Shown here in pieces: positions 54,579 through 64,000 of a DNA stretch of 64,000 nt (position 1 is the stretch's first letter; each line of letters begins with the position of its first letter). The DNA lies in contig JAHRHZ010000009.1 in the NCBI GenBank assembly GCA_024137785.1, positions 16,080,793 through 16,144,792 on the forward strand. Reading direction: 5' to 3'. The notes beneath the pieces were generated by a model. That model was given only the letters and a program-made list of their open reading frames with translations, was not told the DNA's origin and made no database searches. The position numbers and the translations under genes are program-made. This stretch comes from Ginglymostoma cirratum. Lineage: Eukaryota.

Positions 54579-54879
54579 ATGAAAGAATATATGTAAGTTT
54601 CTTTGACAGAATTTGTGGATCTCTGAAAATTTGAAGGTGTGTGACAGCTTGTGAAAAACAGTTCATGTAAGAGTTTGAAAGTGCATATGTGAGAAAGAGT
54701 GTGAGCAAGAGTTTATATGCATGGGGGAGTGAGTGTATGTATGTAACGGAGTATTTCAGGTAGCTGACTATGTAAATGTGAGTACAAATGAGTTGCACGT
54801 AGTCATGTTTCAATAAAGTGTTAACTGTGTCAAGATTCACAGAGGGTTTCTCATCATAAGGCCCAGGGAGGTTTCTTCC

Positions 54880-56580
54880 CAAATCATCCCAAACTCACCT
54901 ATAGCGATGCTTTTGTTTGATGCCAGCCTGATTTTACCTTTCACTGTGCCTGGAGGAATTCACCACTGCCAACATATCCCATTGTCCCTGGCATCGCCAC
55001 CATCTTTAAAAGGCCAATGTGCACCAAGACAAGCAGTGTCGGCCTGGAACTGCCTTGTACAGTGACTGACATATGCCCAGGACATTGCAGCGCAGGGCAA
55101 CCTAATGCCTTACTTTGTGAGTAGGGACGTAGACGTCCTGGTGGATTGGGGGTGGGTGGGGGGTGGGGTGAGTGGTGCAAAAGAAGGATGTCCTTATCCA
55201 TCAGGACTGCTAGTGAAGGCCATGACACCAGACACTGCCAACCTGGGCCAGAGTTGCTAACTGTATCAGTGCAGTCTCCACCAACTGGAGGAATGTGCAG
55301 CAGTTTAGGAAGAAGGTCAATGACCTTCTCCATTCCTCTAGGGTACGAACCATCATCTTCCATCTGCTAGCTCACACTTAATTTATCTCTGTTATTGCAA
55401 TCACCTCCCAATAAGGCTCATGTTCTACCACTCTCATTTTTGCATACAACATCTTCCCTCACTCATTCTCACACACCCCAACATCACCAAGCCTCCATTG
55501 TCTCAGCACTTCCTACTCATCCATTGCTTCCCCCACCCCCACCTGCACTAACTGTGCCACCAACTTCCATCTCACTCAATTCCTCTTTTTCTTTCATTCC
55601 AGAGGACAGTCCACAATGGGGCAAAAAGAATCGAGACAGTTGGTGGGGTGTCCAACGTTTAGCTACCTAACCCTCACAAAGAGATCATGACTCTCACTAT
55701 CACAATAGCTGACTGACTTGTCCAAGGCCCTGGAATGAAATCAGAAGCTTCCCTTGTCTTACTGAGTCTGGACCCTTGACTGATAGCTGTTTCCCTTGAC
55801 ATGACTGAGGTCTGCTGAAAACATGACAAGTTTCCTGACTTTTTGTCTGCATTAATCAACAGTGCACGACAGAATACTGTGAACCTGGAAGCTCTGGCTG
55901 AGGGAGCAAAGTGCCAAAATGTGGGACAAGACAAGGCATGGCAGAGATATTGTCAGCATCCAGGTAGACTCAAAGTGAGAGTGTTAAGACAGTAAGTGAA
56001 ACAGCGCTGAGATACATCCTGATCTACCTAGTGAACTTGGGGTCTGTCCCTGTGTACATGGTGTCCTTGCAGTAGCTTTTCAATGCTAGGTTCTTAGGTA
56101 AGCCAGTGTACAGCATTGAAGTCAAAAGTATCCTGCAAGAGGGATCAGAGAGGGGCCATGAGATTTCTGAGAGGCTGGGCAGCTGTCTGAGCAAATTCTG
56201 TGAATGAGGTGTGTGTTTGTGTCTGGATCCCTGGAGCATGCCCTGAGATGTTGCTGTGATGTCCTAGGTGGTGGCCCAGAGAAGTAATCATCAAGCTGGA
56301 GTTGCCAGGTACCTGTGCTGACTTTCATGTCAGGAATTGTAAATGTCTAGTTTTCTCACAATCAGTGGTAGGATAGGAAGCTGTAAGGGAGATTCAGTGT
56401 TAATTAGGAAAATAACAAGCAATACTTCCCATTAATATATCTAGCATGCATCTCATCTCAATGACCAGAAGTTAGTTGGACAATGCAGTGAGTTGTTCCA
56501 ATTTTGAGGTAGGCCTCATTGGACTTCCCACGCAATGGTCCCAGGTTTCTCACCATAGCCAATGTTGTTCAGGCTGCTAA
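54880..56580 (+). mobile_element. Decayed Harbinger element with a Myb/SANT-like ORF remnant (55175-55342, continuing at about 55603-55660)
   Basis: Frame from 55175 reads VQKKDVL...HQTLPTWARVANCISAVSTNWRNVQQFRKKVNDLLHSSR with internal stops. After a GT..AG intron-like gap it continues RTVHNGAKRIETVGG. Element boundaries are approximate. Confidence 0.6.
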
Positions 56581-57024
56581 AAATTCTATCCCAAGAGTGA
56601 GAATGTGTGCAAGACTATATGTGAAAGTGTTAGTGTGAGTGAGGAACAGCTAAGTGTGTATGAGATTGTGCAAAGATCAAAGGGTGACAGTACAATAGAC
56701 AGAATATCTGTGACAGTGTGGGACAGAAATATGTGAGAGAATTTAGGGTTGACAGAATGTGTAGGGGGGCAACAGTCAATGTAAAAGAACATGAGTGTTT
56801 GAGTAATATGGTGAGTGTATGAAGAAAAAGCATACAAGACTGAATGTAAGAGTGTAGGAAGAGGAGACTGAAATTGAGCAATGTACACCCAACATCCAAC
56901 TTCCAACATCACTTCCCAATTGGTTTAATTTTAGTTACTAAAGTTTCAGCAGTTTATGTAAACATACATGTGAGTGAGATTGTTGCAGTCAGAGTACTGT
57001 GATATTTCCAGAGAGCTTTCAATT

Positions 57025-57420
57025 TTATTAATTCCAAAAACATACTTTATTCATAAAATATCTTCAGATACATTCATAGTCCCTGAATAGCAGTTTAGTC
57101 TGTACAGTAGCATATGAAGAAAGAAACAAACATTGGAGTTTGACTCTATCCAGCAAACAAACCAAAGGCATTTCTTACTAGTACAACATTATATTTACAT
57201 ATATTTGAGGCATTGGGAGTACCCAATAACTGAACAGATCCCTATTTAACTTTGGCAGATGGTGGTCTTTCCCCAATGTACCTTGGTGGCAGCTGTCCCA
57301 AGCTTTAGCACGTTCCTCAGCATGTAGTCCTCAGCCTTGGAAACTGCCAGTCTGCAACACTTGGTCGAGGTCAACTCCTTGCTCTGGAGGACGAACAAGT
57401 TTTGGGCAGACGAAAGAGAA
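57025..57420 (-). mobile_element. Tx1/L1-clade LINE 3' end
   Basis: ORF SAQNLFVLQSKELTSTKCCRLAVSKAEDYMLRNVLKLGTAATKVHWGKTT resembles Tx1-type ORF2 C-termini. AATAAA on the minus strand at about 57046. Confidence 0.6.
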
Positions 57421-60400
57421 TCTGGAATGCTCCAACACTCCATCGATACTTACCCAATTCAACTTAGTCAAGGATTGGAGCTGAATGCCAGGTATGCACT
57501 AGGATTCCTAGAGATCATCACTTTGTGTATATGTTCTTGACTCTGAGAAGCATCAATCAGTGAGTTTCCAGCCACTGACTGAAACATCTTTGTTTGCACA
57601 GTAAAACCACTTAATAATTTTGATTTATGATAAATCCACATTGTTCTGGAATAATTTACTATAGCATAGTTCAGTTTAACATGCTTTTGCATATCAGCAG
57701 TGAACCCAGAAACACGATAAGATTCACTGAGTCAAAAATAGTGAAAATTACTCTGCAATCCGGAAGTAAAGTTCCGGTTAAAAAAGAATCTGCTGGCCAA
57801 ACCCAAGGCAACACAGGAACAGTTGGCCCTCAATTCACAAGGCAGAGAATAAACCACTCCCAAGTCTATGAACGTGAGACAGTGAAATTGGGAGAGTATT
57901 GTCTGCGGGTGCAGAGTTCATGAACATGTGAAAGGTAATGTGTAAACCAATATATGTTGCGCATCTGTGTGTTGGAAGGTAAGGTTGTGGAGTCTATTTT
58001 GGAATGTGCGTGTGTAAGTCTGAGTGGGTGGAGTTTTTCAGTGTGTGTTGCAGTGTATGTGCAAGTTTGAGAGTGGATGTGTGTGTGGGAGATCGCGTAT
58101 GAGTGTACGTTAGTGTGTATGTTGGACTGTGTGAAATCGTCAGTAATGTGAGAGTGTATGTGAGCATATGTTGGATTCTGAGAGTGGGAGTTTGCGTGTG
58201 TGTGTAAAATGTGTCACCTTAACTACATAACGAATCCTTCGTAAAACCGGTTCAAGTATTGGTCTCGTCAAAGAATTGAAATCCACAGAGTATCAAAAAT
58301 TCATTCTTCCATCTGCTGACCAATCCCTGTCACTCTGAGCTTAGCTGATTGGGATAAGGGACAAATCCATTCGTCCATTACCCTACTGAACCAAAACGGG
58401 TACATGGTACTGGGGCTATTTGTTTGCATGTGGTACAAGAAGACCAGAGAGAGGGACTCAGCCTTTGCACTTGATGCTCGTTACATTACACGTTTCTCCA
58501 AAGGGGTTGTTTTTGCAAGCTCCTTGTATTCAGAGCCCAGTGAAATTTGGGCCCGTTAGAGACGAGAGAGCTGATCAGGCCTTAAAAAAACTAACAGCTG
58601 ATACTTCATACAAGCATAGTTCTCAAATGTAAATGCTTTATTAACAGTGAAAATAATCCACGACGGGTGGTCAACGTAATTCTTTCTGGCCTGAGGTTAA
58701 TAGAATTCTGATCGCTCAGAATCTCTCCATTCACTTTCAATGTGATATTAACATTGTCCGAGGACAGCTAACTGTGTAAACAGTATTTCCAATGTCTGAG
58801 TAAACACCACTGAAGCAAACAACGTAGAAACATTAGGTTTTTTTTGTTTTGAAAGAAGGGTAGTTGAAGTGGAAACAGCCACACGGTGAAATACAGTAAG
58901 ATGTAAGGTTTGATGAGGAATTCAGTTCGAGGCTCTCATTGTTCGAGTTGTCAGTGGAGCACGCGTTGTATTTACATTGAAATCTTTGGCGCCAGAGGTG
59001 GGGGAAATGTAATCTGGTTCCGAATCAGGTTTGTGAGCGGAAAGTGCGCGCGGCATCGGTTTTGGGTTTAATTAGACCTTATCGATACAAAAGACCATTT
59101 CTCCTTCACCCAGTAACAGTGCATGTATTCCAACATTTCCAAAGATTCTGAAGTTTAAAAAATCATTTTACACAAGCAGACGCATAGAATTAACAACCTA
59201 CAGAAATTCACGTTCAATTTATAACACGGTTACAGGATTATTATTGGAAAGCCAAATAATGATCGATTCGATAAAACTACTAAGGGTGGAATAGGATATT
59301 TTGGAATAGATTTGGTTGTAAATATTCAGCCAGCAGTCCAATTCTCACCAAAACTACATGCTCCTGCGTTCTTCATAAACGGTGTATATAACTGCTATCA
59401 TTCACTCTGAAAGACACAATAGCACCTTTATGTTAATACAAGAAAGCGAAGAATTAAAATCCAACTTTACCCTTCATTACAAGAGTAATTAAATGGAGTC
59501 ATCGCGTATCTAACTCGTGAGTGTCGAAGTAAAAGTCTTTATTGCCGAACTGTCCGTTAAACAAAAGAAGTTTCACTCTGAAAGTAGAAAAAAAATCATT
59601 ATTTAAAGAATTGTTTTAAAATATTCTTAACGTGCGAAATGGTTGCACTAAAATGGAGTAATCTGGGTCCCACCAAATAAAGCTTGGGCGTCATAACCAA
59701 TGAGCTTCCTTTATTGCACTGAATCTATATCTCTCACTTAATACGCTCTTTAGAGATTATTCCAACTCGTTCTCCTTTCCCTGCTCTGCAATACATGGGG
59801 ACTGCTTGCCTATCTTAACCCTTTGGTATTTAGTGACACAGGCTCAATACTGGACATAGGGCGTACTGGGTGCTGGTTGGATCTGACCATGAACAGAATC
59901 AGGTAGATGGGAAATTCACACCGGCCCTTTGGTCTGGTCTAATTGGTGTAATAAAAAACGAATCGAAGAAAAAACCGGCATCCTTTCTTTTTACCTCGAT
60001 TGGCAGAAATCGAAATTAAATCCCATTTTTCGAAGTGGATCAAGTTTATGATTAGAACGCTTGCCCAAATTTGACAAACGGATTATGACAACATCCCTAT
60101 CAATAGTAGAAACTCGTCCCAGTGTTGTTCCTATCCCTGTTGCTAATCCTGGAAGGTGTGCGGTGCGGAATGTGGTTTTTACAATTGATACAAACACAGG
60201 AAAAGATTGTTCCGTTAAAGTACATGGACGTCTCAGTCGTGTACTTCTGCTTTCGGTTTTACTTGGCACTCTTTAAAGGGCAACTTCAATTTTGATCGAC
60301 CTGAGAGGAATAGTGAAATCGCCCGACTACTCTTTGGATTTAAAATATCACCCCCACCCTCGAATAAAACATGCCCCAGCTCCTGATCAAAACCCGCCGC

Positions 60401-60921
60401 TTGTTCCCCAATTCTCTCACGCTTTAAAATGCAATTTTATACACGGCCACCACCTGACCCCCTCACTACTCAACCTAATGCCCCTCCTCCTCCCCCCTCC
60501 CCTCCAACACAAGGAAAAACATGCTGGTGTACATTATCCCACTGGCATCAAACAATACCATCCAAATGAAATGGACAATTGTGATTTAACAAGCCCGAAG
60601 CATTCAACATTGATTAGCCTTACGTGAGTGCAAAGAATTCCAATCTTTCCCATCCTGCCGGGAAGTGAAACCACTGAGTTTGATCAACTCTCTCCGTTCC
60701 TAATGCAGCAAAAGGCCGCCCAGATTTCACAGCCGCAGGATTCCTTCTCTCGCACTTTTGCAGGGCACTGGAAGAGTTCACTGGAATCAGTCGCATTTCG
60801 CAACATTGTTGCAACTCCATACCTTCAGAATAATGTTTCATTCGTAAACGTGCCCCGTGAATGAATGCACTCAGCAGCATTGGAAAATGATTCGATTGGA
60901 AAATGGACGTAAATTAAATTC

Positions 60922-62081
60922 AGAACAAAAACAGAGGTTGCTGGAAAAGCCCAGCAGGCCTGGCAGTATTTTGTGAAGGGAAAAACAGGGTTAACGTTTC
61001 GGGTCCGGAGACCCTTCCTCAGAACTAAATTAAATTGATCCCTAACGAATAATGGCAGCAAACGAGAGCGGAACATTTACCTTGAGTGAAAGGCATTTGG
61101 AGAGAACGAAGGGTCCAAAATGCCCGATAAAATTTCAACTTTACTTGTGACTGAGTCGATCTATCGAACCATAGTTGGGCGTCTCCACCTTTAAAAAAAC
61201 GTCATTCCGTCAAGGTAAGGTTCCCAAGGGTGATGGTAGAAATTCAGAAATGGGCAGTTTAGGAGGAAATTACTGCAGATGCTGGAATCTGTACTGAAAA
61301 CAAAAAGAAAATGCAGGAGATCACAGCAGGTCAGGCAGCATCCATGGAGAGAAAGCAAGCTAATGTTTCGAGTCCAGACGACTCTTGTTCATAGTTGGTG
61401 AAAGAGGAGAGGGGGCAGCATTTAAGCAATAGTCGGGGGGAGGATGTGGAGCCCTGGGGGAGAAAGTGTGTTGATAGTGCATTCAGTTTTCAGTTTTGCT
61501 TCTTTGCTGTGTTAGGATAGATGGTGACAGTGGCATAAGTCCACTTTCATTCATACAGCGTCTTTTACATGAAACTTCCAGAGGCAGCAGTAACACGGCT
61601 TGCAACAGGTCATCGACCACCTTACTAGCTTCGTGATTCAGAAATGAACACCAATTTAGCCATGAGTTTAAGAACAAACCAGAGGTGGTTCGAAAACTGT
61701 CGATTTTCAATCCTCATTTGCAAGTAGATACTTAAAAGATATTAATTCCTGTCGGTCGGGTCTTAGCACATCAATAGTAACGGTGACACAAATATTGAAT
61801 TCAAATTGTCTCAGGTCAAATAATCGTCAAGACAAATCTGCTCATTATTTACCGAAAGAACTGCGGATGCTGTAAGTCTGGAACTAAAACAGAAGTTGCT
61901 GGAAAAGCTCAGCGGGTCTGGCAGCATCTATGAAGAAATAATCAGAGTTAACGTTTCGGGTCCGGTGATCCTTCCTCAGGACCATCCTGAGGAAGGGTCA
62001 CCGGACCGGAAGCGTTAACTCTTTTTTTTAACAGATGCTGCCGGACTTGCTGAGCTTTTCCAGCAACTTCTGTTTTTGTTG
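60922..62081. mobile_element. Cluster of Penelope-type pseudo-LTR elements: 60922-61026 (-), 61261-61395 (-) and an inverted pair at 61851-62081
   Basis: Shared CTGC(A/G)GATGCTG..GCTGGA..CAGC(A/G)GG.C.GGCAG.AT..GTTTCG(G/A)GTCC consensus. The last copy is a long inverted repeat with a 3-nt loop at 61982-61984. Confidence 0.7.
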
Positions 62082-62499
62082 CATATTATTTACTCTATAT
62101 TCACGAGGTGAATGATTCGCATATATCACTGCCACTCTGTCGTTTACCCCTTTGAAACCATAGTACGTGATAATGAGTACCCTACTGTAAAGTGGTGGGT
62201 GTGATTCTGTATAAGAGATCCCAGATTTTCACCTCCAGCTATGCGTTGCTTAATAACTGATCGTAGTTTTGTAACATCATACTGAGTGTAGTGGCGGATA
62301 AATCATCGTCAGGGAATAGCATAGCCCTCGGGAAAACCTCTCAGAAACTGAATAAGCAAATAGACACGGTGCCGATGTTTTTGTAATGACGAGGTCTGAG
62401 GAAGGTGCGTGGAAAAACTTCAATTCCTCAAAACAAGTCCCGTACTCTAGACAGCGAGTGCAGAAGTGAGTCTCGCATTCGTGGCCAACTTCAATAGAA

Positions 62500-63110
62500 A
62501 GAACTAACATTTAAATAGCGCCTTTCACTATTTCAGGGTTCACCGTGTTATAGAAAATGAAGTGTTTCTGAAGTTTAGTCGCTGTTGTAAATGAGAATGG
62601 GTCCATCGGGACCCCACAAACAGCACAACGTTAATGATGTAGACATTTGTCAAGGCATCAGAAAGAATGCAGCCAATTTACCGAATATATTGACCATGGG
62701 CTTGTATATGTCCATCTGAGATAGTAGATGGGGATTAAAGATCTCAAACTCCTGTAAGGAAATATTCCTCTTTATCACGTAACCCCCTCCAGCTATACAA
62801 CCCAGTGAATTCTTCTGATGGAGTCTGTGGAGCATACCCAAAATTTCATCCCTCCATCATAGTTGGCCGCACCTTCGGCTCTTTAGGCTTTAAGTTGTGC
62901 AATTTCCCCCCTTAAACTCATCTAACTCTCCCTCCTCCTTCAGGACACCCATTAAAACCCACCTTTTCCATTAAGCTTTTGGTCAGCTGTCCGAACGTCT
63001 CCTTCTGTGGCTCACTTTCAAATTTTATCTACAAATGGTCCTTTGAAGTCACTTGAAATGTTTGACCATGTTAAGGTCCTTTAATAAATGCAAATTGTTG
63101 CTGTTGTACA
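62500..63110. mobile_element. DeuSINE-type tail (62500-62650, -) and L2 LINE 3' end (about 62850-63110, +)
   Basis: TAGCGCCTTTCAC..CCCCACAAACAGCA; then CTCCTCCTTCAGGACACCCATTAAAACCCACCTTTT..GCTTTTGGTCA..ATAAATGCAAATTGTTG. Confidence 0.55.
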
Positions 63111-64000
63111 AGAGTTTAACTTTACCAAAGCTCTCCACACGATGGAAAATCATAAGCAGCTTATGTTCTATTTATTCATCTTAATGGATAGAAAATATTG
63201 TATAGTTTATACTCAATACGACCATTAGGCCTTCTGCCCCATCAAGATCTTACTATGCTCATGTTGAAAATTCAGTCCTAGATGTTTAAAGTAACATCTT
63301 TAATTTGTTATAAAATACTGTATATAAAATAAAATATTGGTATAGTGACATGAGTGAAAATTCTCAACAAAAGACTAATTTGTCTTTCAATTATTACTTG
63401 GTAATACTGTTCACATTTTTTTCTCCAGCTACTTCATCTTTATTAATGTATTTACTGTGTACATAATACTCAATTATTTTGGTCATTTGGGTCACCATAA
63501 TACTTACATTACTAAAAATTATAACAGAACTTTTAAATTTACCAAGTACATTCTCACCTGTCTCGAAGATACACACGTATGGTATGCTTTGACTTCATGG
63601 TTGCAGGCAACCCACCAGCATCTCATCAAAGGCATCTCAAGAAGGATCACTCGATAACAATCAGGAGCAGGGGTTCTGGCTAGTCTCTGCACCTTCCAGG
63701 TACTGGGGATCTCGTCTAAATTTACAAATTTAAATGGCTCCCTGGCTGTGATCAGCTAAGTTGGTGTGCATCTCTGATGGATCCTTGGGGTCTGCATAAT
63801 CAGTCTCATTGAATATCGTACTGGGTATGGGATTTGTCCATTAAATGGCAAGTTGCACCTCTAAGCAAGAGAAGGTATGGTTTGATATAGATTCTTTAAG
63901 ATAATCAATGGGTTCAAAAGGATAGATGTAGGGAGAATATTTCCATTTGTGCAGCTATCATTTAATTAGGGGTCTTAAATATAAGCTAATCACAAATGAA

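Noticed and set aside
58984-59005. Possible CTCF site (GGCGCCAGAGGTGGGG)
   Set aside because: It is only a partial match to the consensus and cannot be supported without PWM or ChIP data.

Overview
This is vertebrate genomic DNA, most likely from a cartilaginous fish (shark), inferred from HE1-type SINEs, HER1/CR1 LINE tails and Penelope-derived repeats. The core is a head-to-head pair of Zic zinc-finger genes with about 10.3 kb between their ATGs. One is a 3-exon Zic2-like gene on the minus strand (CDS 15480-14478, 12613-12450, 12315-12130; 450 aa). The other is a 2-exon Zic5-like gene on the plus strand (CDS 25787-26807, 30703-31136; 484 aa). The pair sits in a roughly 36 kb CpG-rich, almost transposon-free block. 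The flanks (1-3.5 kb and 40-64 kb) are packed with decayed CR1, L2, Rex-Babar-like and Tx1-like LINEs, SINEs and Harbinger remnants. The most notable observations are: (i) about ten minimal hammerhead-ribozyme-like motifs in Penelope-type repeats, two loci of which form back-to-back inverted hairpins; (ii) a candidate unannotated terminal exon with poly(A)-site architecture 4.3 kb downstream of the Zic2-like gene; (iii) a 5-codon uORF and G-quadruplex-like tract just before the Zic5 ATG; (iv) ancestral or mosaic Zic residues that leave paralog identity worth testing. No prokaryotic systems, CRISPR arrays, tRNA or rRNA genes were seen. All homology comparisons are from memory, not from searches.
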